Part shown: piece after piece, positions 23,891-33,369 of the stretch
Position numbering within the stretch: position 1 is the stretch's first letter
How the letters are laid out: each line of letters starts with the position of its first letter
NCBI GenBank assembly: GCA_951801825.1
Contig: CATOOF010000002.1
Location: 100,441 to 164,440 of the forward strand
Source: an uncultured Alphaproteobacteria bacterium
GTDB lineage: Bacteria > Pseudomonadota > Alphaproteobacteria > Rs-D84
Direction: 5' to 3'
DNA length: 64,000 bases
The notes under the pieces: generated by a model
What the model was told of the DNA's origin: nothing
Seen by the model: the letters and a program-made list of their open reading frames with translations, nothing else
Database searches by the model: none
Program-made: the position numbers and the translations under genes

Positions 23891-26767
23891 ATGGCAAATA
23901 TGATAAAAATTCGCGGCGCACGCGAAAATAATCTTAAAAATATTGATTTAGACCTGCCAAAAAACAAACTGGTGGTCTTTACGGGCGTTTCCGGGTCGGG
24001 GAAATCGTCGCTGGCGTTTAATACCATTTACGCAGAGGGCCAGCGCAGATATGTCGAATCCCTGTCTTCGTATGCGCGCCAGTTTTTGGATATGCAAAAA
24101 AAGCCAGATGTCGATTTAATAGAAGGCTTGGCGCCGGCGATATCAATTGAACAGAAAACCACATCAAAAAATCCGCGCTCTACCGTTGGAACGGTTACAG
24201 AAATTTATGATTATTTGCGATTGCTGTGGGCGCGTATCGGTGTGCCGCATTCGCCGGTGACGGGTTTGCCTATTAAGTCACAGTCAATATCTGAAATGGT
24301 TGACTGGACCATGAAAATACCAGCCGGGACCAAGATATTTGTTATGGCGCCGCTGGTTCGTGACCGCAAGGGCGAATATCGCAAGGAAATTGCGTTTCTT
24401 ATAAAGCAGGGCTATAGTCGGGCAATTATTGATGGCGAACTATATGACTTATCCGCGGTGGGGCCTCTGGACAAGAATAAAAAGCATAATATTCTGGTAA
24501 TTGTAGACCGCCTGGTCATGCCATCCGCATCAGATGACACTGAAGAGTTTCGTTCGCGCCTGTATGCCTCGTTTGAGGGGGCGTTGCGTCTGGTTCCGGG
24601 ATCTGTGCTGGTGCGGCGCCTGGATACCGACGAAGACATTTTATATTCTCAAAATTACGCATGTCCGGTCAGTGGTTTTACCGTACCCAAGATAGAACCG
24701 CGCCTGTTTTCGTTTAACGCGCCCGCGGGTGCGTGTCAGTCGTGCGACGGACTGGGGGTACAGCTGAAAATGTCGCCAGATTTGGTAATTCCGGATCCGT
24801 CTAAATCTATTTTGGATGGTGCAATTGCGCCGTGGTCGCGCGGTGGCATGCTTAGCCAGTTTGAGCATCTGCTGAGTGCTTTGCATAAAAAATACAAGAT
24901 TCCGATGACGCGGCCATGGCATGCATTGACCGAGGAGCAAAAAGACCTGATTCTGTACGGCAGCGGGGATGAGCCGATAAAAATAAACTGGAACGGTTTC
25001 GTGTATGAAAAGCCTTATGAGGGCGTTATTCCAAATATTGAACGACGCTGGCGCGAATCGGATTCAGAGGCGATGCGTACCGAATTGGCAAAATATCAGT
25101 CAGAAAAGCCATGCCCGATGTGTCATGGAAAACGTTTGAACATTCAGGCACTGTGCGTAAAAATCAACGGTGCAGACATTATGGATGTATGCGAAATGTC
25201 CGTCGAAGACGCATTGCGCTGGTTTAATGATTTGCCAGGTCATCTGACACAAAAAGAAAATGATATCGGCCGCATTGTTCTGCGCGAAATTACCAGTCGT
25301 CTGCAGTTCTTAAAGAATGTCGGGCTGGGGTATCTGACAATGTCGCGCATGGCCGGAACACTGTCCGGTGGCGAGGCCCAGCGAATACGTCTGGCGTCGC
25401 AGATAGGCAGTGGGTTGTCGGGCGTATTATATGTTTTGGACGAGCCGTCCATCGGTCTGCATCAAAGCGATAACGACAAACTGTTGGAAACGCTGAAAAT
25501 GTTGCGTGACAAGGATAATACGGTAATTGTTGTAGAGCATGACGAGGATGCCATGCGTGCCGCTGATTATCTGGTGGATATCGGGCGTGCGGCGGGTGTC
25601 AACGGCGGACGCGTTGTTGCGTGCGGTACGCCGGCCCAGGTTATTAAAAATCCGGATTCCCTTACGGGGCAATACCTGTCGGGTAAAAAGAAGATAGATG
25701 TGCCGAAAAAACGGCGTACTGGGAACGGCGGTGTGATTTCCGTTCACGGTGCGCGCGGCCATAACCTAAAGAATATCGATGTGGAATTTCCGCTGGGGAA
25801 ATTTATTGCGTTGACGGGTGTGTCCGGGTCCGGAAAATCAACGCTGCTTTTGGGGACGCTGTATCCGGCGCTGATGCGTGCGCTGTATAACTCTAAGATG
25901 GAGACGGCGGCACACGATATTATTCGCGGAATGGAAAACGTGGACAAGGTTGTAGACATAGACCAGTCGCCAATCGGACGTACGCCGCGCAGTAATCCCG
26001 CGACATATACTGGGGTGTTCTCAAACATTCGTGATTTTTTTGCCGGTCTGCCAGAGGCTAAGACGCGCGGATATACATCCGGCCGATTCTCTTTTAACGT
26101 TAAGGGCGGCCGGTGCGAGGCCTGTCAGGGCGACGGCCAGATAAAGATAGAGATGAATTTCCTGGCAGATGTGTATGTAGAGTGTGACAAATGCCATGGC
26201 GCACGCTATAACGAGGAAACGCTGGCGGTAAAGTATAAGGGAAAATCGATTGCAGATGTGCTGAACATGACTGTAGACGAAGCATATCGGTTCTTTATAA
26301 ATGTTCCCCAGATTGCGCGAAAACTGGAGCTACTGAAACGGGTTGGTTTGGATTATATCAAACTGGGGCAGAGTTCGCTGGACCTGTCGGGCGGCGAGGC
26401 CCAACGTATAAAGCTGTCAAAGGAATTGGCGGCGCGTAGCACTGGGCAGACGCTTTATATCCTGGACGAGCCGACAACAGGTCTGCATTTCGAGGATATC
26501 AAGATGCTGTTGTCTGTTCTGCATGAATTGGTAGAGCAGGGAAATACAGTCATTGTAATTGAACATAATCTGGAGGTTATAAAAACCGCAGACTGGATAA
26601 TTGATTTGGGGCCGGCTGGCGGTGCTGGCGGTGGTCGTGTTATTGCCACTGGCACGCCCGAGCAAGTTGCCGCAACAGACGCGTCATCCACGGGACGGTA
26701 TTTGAAAAAGTATCTGCCCGCGCCGCGAACGGTTAAATCAAGAGTTTTAAAAAAGGAGAAAGCATAA
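23891..26767 (+). CDS. uvrA: Excinuclease ABC subunit A
   Basis: Two GxSGSGKS Walker A motifs, two LSGGEAQRI signatures, Zn-finger CxxC pairs. Confidence 0.98.
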   Translation: MANMIKIRGARENNLKNIDLDLPKNKLVVFTGVSGSGKSSLAFNTIYAEGQRRYVESLSSYARQFLDMQKKPDVDLIEGLAPAISIEQKTTSKNPRSTVGTVTEIYDYLRLLWARIGVPHSPVTGLPIKSQSISEMVDWTMKIPAGTKIFVMAPLVRDRKGEYRKEIAFLIKQGYSRAIIDGELYDLSAVGPLDKNKKHNILVIVDRLVMPSASDDTEEFRSRLYASFEGALRLVPGSVLVRRLDTDEDILYSQNYACPVSGFTVPKIEPRLFSFNAPAGACQSCDGLGVQLKMSPDLVIPDPSKSILDGAIAPWSRGGMLSQFEHLLSALHKKYKIPMTRPWHALTEEQKDLILYGSGDEPIKINWNGFVYEKPYEGVIPNIERRWRESDSEAMRTELAKYQSEKPCPMCHGKRLNIQALCVKINGADIMDVCEMSVEDALRWFNDLPGHLTQKENDIGRIVLREITSRLQFLKNVGLGYLTMSRMAGTLSGGEAQRIRLASQIGSGLSGVLYVLDEPSIGLHQSDNDKLLETLKMLRDKDNTVIVVEHDEDAMRAADYLVDIGRAAGVNGGRVVACGTPAQVIKNPDSLTGQYLSGKKKIDVPKKRRTGNGGVISVHGARGHNLKNIDVEFPLGKFIALTGVSGSGKSTLLLGTLYPALMRALYNSKMETAAHDIIRGMENVDKVVDIDQSPIGRTPRSNPATYTGVFSNIRDFFAGLPEAKTRGYTSGRFSFNVKGGRCEACQGDGQIKIEMNFLADVYVECDKCHGARYNEETLAVKYKGKSIADVLNMTVDEAYRFFINVPQIARKLELLKRVGLDYIKLGQSSLDLSGGEAQRIKLSKELAARSTGQTLYILDEPTTGLHFEDIKMLLSVLHELVEQGNTVIVIEHNLEVIKTADWIIDLGPAGGAGGGRVIATGTPEQVAATDASSTGRYLKKYLPAPRTVKSRVLKKEKA

Positions 26768-27282
26768 TGTTTGGTTTTGGAAAAAAGAAAGAAACGGCTA
26801 CAAACGGTGCCATGCCGTCAATTGACGATGCAAAAATCCCCAGCGGGATGAAGGAAACAGCCGCACGTATGATGTCGGGTGAGTTTAACCTGAATGATAT
26901 GCTGGCGCAGTTAAAGCAGATTAAAAAAATTGGTAATTTCAGCGGCCTGCTTAAAATGGTGCCGGGCATGTCCGGGGCGGTGTCTGCAATGAAGGAAAAG
27001 ATAAAGGACGGCAGTGTTGATGCCCAGATAAAAATTTTGGAGGCCATGACGCCCGAAGAGCGCGCCAATCCGGAGAAAATTTTTGCAAATGCAAAAACGC
27101 GTATTGCTGAAACGGCCGGGTGCACCGTGCGTGATGTTGAACATATTATCAAACAGCATGCAAAGATGAAACAGCAGATGGCAATGATTCAGCGCATGGG
27201 CGGAATGGAGGCCGTAATGCAAAAAATGCAGGCGGCCCAGGGTGCTGGTGGTGTTCCTGGTGCGCCGATTGGTGTAAAATAA
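26767..27282 (+). CDS. Stand-alone SRP54/Ffh M-domain-like protein
   Basis: GEFNLNDMLAQLKQIKKIG...MVPGM finger loop, AMTPEERANP, RIAETAG; Met-rich; no NG GTPase domain; coupled to uvrA by a TAATG overlap. Confidence 0.8.
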   Translation: MFGFGKKKETATNGAMPSIDDAKIPSGMKETAARMMSGEFNLNDMLAQLKQIKKIGNFSGLLKMVPGMSGAVSAMKEKIKDGSVDAQIKILEAMTPEERANPEKIFANAKTRIAETAGCTVRDVEHIIKQHAKMKQQMAMIQRMGGMEAVMQKMQAAQGAGGVPGAPIGVK

Positions 27283-27283
27283 T

Positions 27284-27943
27284 ATGAAGATATTAAACAA
27301 AAAAATTGCGTCGAAAAAGTCATCTGTTGCCTGGCTGCAGCGCCAGGCGGCGGATCCGTATGTCGCCCGTGCCCAGCGTGACGGGTATCGCGCGCGCGCG
27401 GCATACAAATTGATAGAAATGAACGAAAAATTTCATTTCTTAAAAAATGGCCAGGTTGTTGTTGACCTGGGGGCGGCGCCGGGTTCATGGACACAGTATG
27501 TAACGCGTGAATTTCCGCGTAGCAAGGTTTTTGCTATGGACCTGTTAGAGATAAAGCCTATTCCCGGCGTAGAATTCTATCAGGGCGACTTTACAGAGGA
27601 TGCGGCGCTGGGGTGGCTGGTTGAAAAATTAAATCTGTCCGCAGATGCCGCGGAAAACGGTACGGTGGATGTTGTAATGTCCGATATGGCACCCAATACG
27701 GTGGGGCATAAAAAAACCGACCATATCAGACAAATGGTGTTGCTGGAATATGCGTTTGATTTTGCGTTGCGCGCACTGAAGCCTGGCGGAACGTTTGTTG
27801 CAAAATCTTTTACAGGTGGCACTACAAACGAACTGTTAAAGCAGATAAAGGACAATTTTGACAAGGTTTATCATATAAAACCGCCATCATCTCGCAAGGA
27901 TAGTGTTGAAATGTTTATTGTTGCAATGGGATTTCGTGGATGA
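27284..27943 (+). CDS. rlmE: 23S rRNA Um2552 methyltransferase
   Basis: YRARAAYKL, VDLGAAPGSW, SDMAPN, KPPSSRKDSVE (K-D-K-E tetrad). Confidence 0.95.
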   Translation: MKILNKKIASKKSSVAWLQRQAADPYVARAQRDGYRARAAYKLIEMNEKFHFLKNGQVVVDLGAAPGSWTQYVTREFPRSKVFAMDLLEIKPIPGVEFYQGDFTEDAALGWLVEKLNLSADAAENGTVDVVMSDMAPNTVGHKKTDHIRQMVLLEYAFDFALRALKPGGTFVAKSFTGGTTNELLKQIKDNFDKVYHIKPPSSRKDSVEMFIVAMGFRG

Positions 27944-28014
27944 TGTTCGGCCGCTTTTATAGCGGCCATTTTTTATTTCTTGTTTTATCAACCGGTAATG
28001 TATATAATATCAAA

Positions 28015-28228
28015 TGTCACAAAGTGTTTTTGTGATGGGGTGTGAAGACCTCTGCGTAAGCGTCGGAATATTAAGTCTGTGGTGTTTTGTATACATCGGA
28101 CTTGGCCTTTCGATGACAAGTAATCTCCTGGCCTTGGTCAGGAGGGTTGCGAATATATTGAATAAGCACACGGTTCTTACGATTGTCTTCAACCTCCTGA
28201 CCACCACAAAGCTGGTGGTTTATTCTTT
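28015..28228 (+). promoter_or_regulatory. Structured leader/attenuator RNA, copy E2
   Basis: Promoter TTGTTT (27980), 17 bp, TATAAT (28003); HP1 28017-28035, HP2 28037-28052, HP4 28125-28144, conserved loop 28148-28168; long-range pairs 28043-49/28185-91 and 28055-60/28176-81; antiterminator strand 28190-28202; terminator accacca/tggtggt with T-rich tail. Confidence 0.8.
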
Positions 28229-28253
28229 GAAAAAAAGTGGGGGATTGAGCAAT

Positions 28254-28862
28254 ATGGTAAAAAGATATTTGGTGGCATGCATAATGTTGGGCGGGGTTTT
28301 GCATTGTATACCGGCCGCGGCATTGGTCCAGGGCCAGGCATGCCCCACGACCGGTTTTGGCAGTTGGTATGTATATCAATGCAATTGTGCAAATGATGGG
28401 CGTCACTGGATGTGTAATAACAGCCCAGATTATTTAGAGGTCAACGGGCAAACAACATGTTATATAACCAGGGCTGATGGTGGTGCAGATGATGAAGCGA
28501 CCTGGATTTGCGCCAAAGAGCGTAACGGCAGTCCGTGTACCGTGTGTAAGTGTCCGCAATCAACCGGCTGGGAAGTGTATCCTGGGGATGAAACCAGTGT
28601 TGTAAAATATACGTATAATAATGTAAGTTCTTCCTATTTATGCGATTTTATATCAAGAAAAGAGGAATATGGCTGTAATGTCGGATATTATGAAGATGGG
28701 AGTAATTGGTGTGTTGATTGTCCGTCTTATGGCGGGATTTCCGGGACCAACGAAATTGGAACAACGGCTAAGGCTACATGCTATATCCCGCCCAATGTCA
28801 CTGGTAACGACGGGGCCGGAACATTTACCTATGTGGCGAAATGTAACTGGTCGGGTTCATAA
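28254..28862 (+). CDS. Cys-rich secreted/surface protein
   Basis: Signal peptide MVKRYLVAC..AAA, many Cys, CNVGYY and C-terminal CYIPP...D-AGTFTY--KC-W; start moved from 28014 to ATG 28254, downstream of the terminator. Confidence 0.8.
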   Translation: MVKRYLVACIMLGGVLHCIPAAALVQGQACPTTGFGSWYVYQCNCANDGRHWMCNNSPDYLEVNGQTTCYITRADGGADDEATWICAKERNGSPCTVCKCPQSTGWEVYPGDETSVVKYTYNNVSSSYLCDFISRKEEYGCNVGYYEDGSNWCVDCPSYGGISGTNEIGTTAKATCYIPPNVTGNDGAGTFTYVAKCNWSGS

Positions 28863-28887
28863 AAAAACGCCCAAAGGGGCGTTTTTT

Positions 28888-29316
28888 TTATTTTAATGAT
28901 TCGGCCGCCGTGCGTGCCAGAATGTCACAACGCTCGTTCAGTTCTTCGCCGGCATGGCCCTTTACCCAGACCCAGTGAATTTTTGTTCGTGCCGACGCGG
29001 CGTCCAGTGCCTGCCACAGGTCCTGGTTCTTTACCGGCTTTTTATCCGCCGTGCGCCAGTTGTTGCGTTTCCAATTTTTCAGCCATGACTGCATGCCGTT
29101 TTTTACATACTGGCTGTCTGTGTGAATTTCCACCTCTGCGTGACGGTGTGCCGCCGTCAGTGCACGCAGTACCGCCATTAATTCCATGCGGTTGTTTGTT
29201 GTGTCGTTTTCGCAGCCGCAACGTTCGGCGGTATCTTTTCCGTTGGTTGCCACAAATGCCCAGCCGCCGGGGCCTGGGTTGCCAAGACAGCTGCCGTCGG
29301 TCCATATTTTTAACAT
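28888..29316 (-). CDS. rnhA: Ribonuclease HI
   Basis: IWTDGSCLGNPGPGGW, TTNNRMEL, TDSQY, WVKGHAG---NERCD. Confidence 0.96.
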   Translation of the reverse strand: MLKIWTDGSCLGNPGPGGWAFVATNGKDTAERCGCENDTTNNRMELMAVLRALTAAHRHAEVEIHTDSQYVKNGMQSWLKNWKRNNWRTADKKPVKNQDLWQALDAASARTKIHWVWVKGHAGEELNERCDILARTAAESLK

Positions 29317-29352
29317 TTTTTTCGTAATCCTTTTGTGATATAATATCATAAA

Positions 29353-31149
29353 ATGATATACGATTCCAAAAAATTACAAGAAATGTCTCGCGCGGTGCGC
29401 AGTGCCGCGCTTGCGTCAATAATTTCCGCACGCAGTGGGCATGTCGGTATCGTCCTGGGGGCGGCCGATGTTGTCACGGATATATTTGCCAACCACCTGC
29501 GACGTGGGACGGACCGGTTTGTTTTATCCGCCGGTCATGGCAGCGCGTTGTTGTATGCGGTATTAAAACTGGCCGGGTATGCATTGCCGCCGCTTGAATC
29601 TTTTAGAAAGATTGGCGGTCTGCCGGGGCATCCGGAATTTGGTATTCCCGGGGTGTTTGCAACCACCGGGCCGCTGGGCCAGGGTATTGGTAATGCGGCC
29701 GGGTTGGCGCTGGCGGATAAAATGGGTAAGGGTGATGGGCGTGTATACTGTTTGTGCAGTGACGGTGATTTGATGGAGGGTGTCGCCCAAGAGGCGATTG
29801 CGTTCGCAGGCCGATACAGATTAAATAATTTGATTGTCGTATGGGATGATAACGGTATCAGTATCGACGGGGCGGCGCTGACGGATATGGATGTGCCAAT
29901 GCGGATGGAGGCGGCCGGCTGGCACGTAATGTCCATAGACGGACACGATTTTGAACAGATTTCTGATGCCTTAGACGATGCGGCAAATTGTGATGGGCCG
30001 GTATTTATTCAGGCAAAAACAACACTTGGCCAGGGATCCAGTGTTGCCGGAACGCCCCGCGCGCATGGGCTCGGGGTTGATTTGGGGGAACTGGGGCGCC
30101 TGGCGGATGAATTGCATTCAGACAAGGGACTGGAACTGTGGGGCGAAGTGTCGTCGACATCGTCGCATGGTGACGATGTGGTTCCCGCATGGACAGTGCC
30201 TGATATGACGCCACTGAATATGACATGGGATGTTGGTGTGGATATTTCCACGCGCGAACTGTCGGGCATGTTTTTGGCGCGTCTGATGTCAAATGATAAT
30301 TGTATTGTTTTGGGCAGTGCCGATTTAGGCGGCAGTACAAATGTAAAAAGTGATGCGACGCATGCGATAAATCCGGGCGAATTTACGGGCAACTATGTAA
30401 ACTATGGTGTGCGCGAGCATGCGATGGGGGCGGTAATGAATGGTTTGGCCGCCGCCGGAATGCGCCCGATTGGTTCTACGTTTTTGGTTTTTTCAGATTA
30501 TATGCGGCCATCGATTCGGCTGGCCGCGCTGTCCGGTCTGCCGGTAATTTACGTGTTTACGCACGACAGTATTGCTGTTGGCGAAGACGGGCCCACGCAT
30601 CAGCCGATAGAACAGTTGCCGTCATTGCGGCTGATGCCTAATTTGAATGTGCTCAGACCGTGTAACGGGCCAGAGGTTGCGTTTTCATGGACGTATGCAC
30701 TGTCGGATACGGCGCGTCCGTCTTGCATTGTTTTGTCGCGCCAGAAGGTATGGCAGATGTCGGTTCCCGAATCGGCGGATATGTCGCGTGGTGCGTATAT
30801 TATAAAGCCGGCTGCATCGCGCCGCGTGCGCGCAACCTTAATCGCGACCGGGTCAGAGGTGCCGCTGGCCGCGGATGTTGCGGAAAAGCTGGGGGATGAT
30901 GTACAGGTTGTTTCCATGCCGTGTGTTTCTATGTTTCGCGGGCAAAGTGACGAGTTTAAAAAAGAAATACTGCGCGGTTATGTTGTCGCAATAGAGGCGG
31001 CGGCCGGTGCACCGTGGTTTGAATTTGCAGACGCCGTTGTCGGTATCGATGAATTCGGCGCATCAGGCGACGGTGCCGCGGTGTATAAGCAGTGCGGGTT
31101 TGATGCGGATGCAATTGCACGGCAAATAAAGAAATATTTAAACAAATAG
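29353..31149 (+). CDS. tkt: Transketolase (compact, 598 aa)
   Basis: SGH-G, TTGPLGQG, SDGDLMEG TPP motif, YGVREHAM, EDGPTHQP. Confidence 0.95.
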   Translation: MIYDSKKLQEMSRAVRSAALASIISARSGHVGIVLGAADVVTDIFANHLRRGTDRFVLSAGHGSALLYAVLKLAGYALPPLESFRKIGGLPGHPEFGIPGVFATTGPLGQGIGNAAGLALADKMGKGDGRVYCLCSDGDLMEGVAQEAIAFAGRYRLNNLIVVWDDNGISIDGAALTDMDVPMRMEAAGWHVMSIDGHDFEQISDALDDAANCDGPVFIQAKTTLGQGSSVAGTPRAHGLGVDLGELGRLADELHSDKGLELWGEVSSTSSHGDDVVPAWTVPDMTPLNMTWDVGVDISTRELSGMFLARLMSNDNCIVLGSADLGGSTNVKSDATHAINPGEFTGNYVNYGVREHAMGAVMNGLAAAGMRPIGSTFLVFSDYMRPSIRLAALSGLPVIYVFTHDSIAVGEDGPTHQPIEQLPSLRLMPNLNVLRPCNGPEVAFSWTYALSDTARPSCIVLSRQKVWQMSVPESADMSRGAYIIKPAASRRVRATLIATGSEVPLAADVAEKLGDDVQVVSMPCVSMFRGQSDEFKKEILRGYVVAIEAAAGAPWFEFADAVVGIDEFGASGDGAAVYKQCGFDADAIARQIKKYLNK

Positions 31150-31854
31150 ATGTCTCGTGCTGAATATGTTTTTAGATTATCGGATGGTAATGATATCCCG
31201 GTGTGTATTGCCACACGCCGGGGGTTGCGTAATATAACACTGCGGCCTAAGACGCATCCTGTTCGTGAAATACATATTTCCAAGCCGTGGCTGGTGCGTG
31301 ATGCGGCGGCGCTTAATTTTTTGGAATCTAAGCGAAAGTGGATAGAGCGCACGTTTGCACGCGGTCCCGCAAAGGAATGCGTCGTGCCCGGAATGTGTCT
31401 AGAGTATTTAGGGCGCAGGGTAACTGTGTTGCATGATCCGGCGCAATATTCAAACTGTGTCAGTCAGGATGGAATGCGGCTGGTTATAGGTGGTGCGCCG
31501 GATATGTTTGAACGGCGCCTGTGCGATGTAATAAAAAAAGAGCTGATGTCCGAGATAAAGCGTATCATACACACCGCGCCGCGCGATGTTTGGCCGCGGC
31601 GAATCGCGCTGCGTGATACGACCAGTCGCTGGGGCAGCTGTTCGTCTACCGGTACGATGTCTTTTTCATGGCGGCTGGCGTTTGCGCCGCATGATGTGAT
31701 GCGATATGTCGTTATGCATGAACTGGCGCATCGGCGGCATATGGATCATTCGGCCGAGTTTTGGGCAACGGTATCGGAATTGTATGGTTTCGGGGTAGAG
31801 CGGGCAAAACGCTGGCTGGTGGTTCATGGCGGCGAACTGCATAAATATTTTTAA
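31150..31854 (+). CDS. YgjP/DUF45 (M48-like) metal-dependent hydrolase
   Basis: RWGSCS, YVVMHELAH--HMDHSAEFW. Confidence 0.9.
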   Translation: MSRAEYVFRLSDGNDIPVCIATRRGLRNITLRPKTHPVREIHISKPWLVRDAAALNFLESKRKWIERTFARGPAKECVVPGMCLEYLGRRVTVLHDPAQYSNCVSQDGMRLVIGGAPDMFERRLCDVIKKELMSEIKRIIHTAPRDVWPRRIALRDTTSRWGSCSSTGTMSFSWRLAFAPHDVMRYVVMHELAHRRHMDHSAEFWATVSELYGFGVERAKRWLVVHGGELHKYF

Positions 31855-32068
31855 TAAACGTCATGGGGCGCCTGGTATTCTGGCGCCTTTTTTATTGCAA
31901 ATTCAAAAATATTCGCTAAAATTAAATGCATGTTTATATGTGGTTTTAATTTTTATAACCCGCATCACGCCCGTCGGGCGTCTTATTAGCTATTGCATTC
32001 TTTTTATGATATAATTACCAACAGCAAAACCGCGGGTGCGCCCGCAAAAAAATATATAGGATTTTATT

Positions 32069-33367
32069 ATGGACTTAAAGCCAACAAAACCATTGTCAGG
32101 ATTTGTAGAACTGTTGCCGGCACAACAACGGTGTTTTGATGCATGTGCGGGGCGCATGCTGAACGTGTTGCGCGGGGCGGGATTTTCGGTTTTGGATCTG
32201 CCCGCGATAGAGCGGGCAGAGGTTCTGACCGACAAAGACAACTGGGAAGAAATAGAAACTCAGATGTTTCTGTTTCAAAAAGGCGATACCAAAATGGGAT
32301 TGCGATATGATGGTACGGTGGGGTTGGCCCGATATGTTGCCGGGCATTTAAACGATTTGACATTCCCGTTTCGCGCGGCCCAGTTTTCTAAGCGATATCG
32401 TGGCGAACGTGCCCAGCGCGGTCGTTATCGCGAATTTTATCAGATGGATTTAGATATTTTGGGTATCAACAGTTTGTCTGTAAATTATGATGCAGAAATA
32501 ATTCAGGTTATTTCCCGTGCATTGGATACGGTGCGGGAATTTATTGGGCCTGCGTGTGTGCATGTTGGCAGTCGTCCGTTCTGGGATGCGCTGTTTGAGT
32601 ATCTGAAACTGACCGCGGACCAGAAAAAACAAGTCTTTGTATTAATTGATAAGAAAGACAAAATGGGGGACGAGGATTTCGCAGAAGGCCTGCATGATGC
32701 ACTCGACAACGGGGAGGTGGAAGGCAGGATAAAATCCGTATTCTCAAATGGGTATGAGGGGTTTGTCGGTGCCTCGCCTGCATTGGATGCCGCAATTGCG
32801 GAACTGACCGGGTTTATGGAAACGTTGCGGGCAATTGGTGTTGAAAAGGCGGAACTGGACTTGTCCATTACGCGCGGACTGGCTTATTACACCGGGCTGG
32901 TGTTCGAGTTCAAACTGACTGAACACCCAGAGCTGGGGACGGCGGCGGGTGGCGGTCGTTATGCGGACTTGGCGGGGAATTTCAGCAAAACAAAAATAAT
33001 CGGTGTTGGCGCCGCAATCGGTTTTTCGCGAATTTTCTGGGCGTTGCTGGAAAGTGGCAAGATAGATGTTACTCGTTTTTCGCGCCCTGTGGCGGTTGCG
33101 GTTTTGGTAATGGGCAATCAAAATGTTTCATATGCCATGCGCGTCGCAGATGATTTGCGTGCCGCCGGTATTGCAACAGTAACATATCTGGATACTGAAA
33201 AGAAATTCAAAAACCAGATAGAATATGCCGATAAAATTGCGGCACCATTCAGTGTCATTATTGGCGATGAAGAGGTGGGTAATAATTCCGTTGCACTAAA
33301 GGATATGACATCTGGGGGGCAACAACAGGTGTCTGTACAGGATTTAATAACAATTTTAAAGAAATAG
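32069..33367 (+). CDS. hisS: Histidine--tRNA ligase
   Basis: LRYDGTVGLAR, RGERAQRGRYREFYQMD, RGLAYYTG, GGGRY. Confidence 0.96.
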   Translation: MDLKPTKPLSGFVELLPAQQRCFDACAGRMLNVLRGAGFSVLDLPAIERAEVLTDKDNWEEIETQMFLFQKGDTKMGLRYDGTVGLARYVAGHLNDLTFPFRAAQFSKRYRGERAQRGRYREFYQMDLDILGINSLSVNYDAEIIQVISRALDTVREFIGPACVHVGSRPFWDALFEYLKLTADQKKQVFVLIDKKDKMGDEDFAEGLHDALDNGEVEGRIKSVFSNGYEGFVGASPALDAAIAELTGFMETLRAIGVEKAELDLSITRGLAYYTGLVFEFKLTEHPELGTAAGGGRYADLAGNFSKTKIIGVGAAIGFSRIFWALLESGKIDVTRFSRPVAVAVLVMGNQNVSYAMRVADDLRAAGIATVTYLDTEKKFKNQIEYADKIAAPFSVIIGDEEVGNNSVALKDMTSGGQQQVSVQDLITILKK

Positions 33368-33369
33368 TC

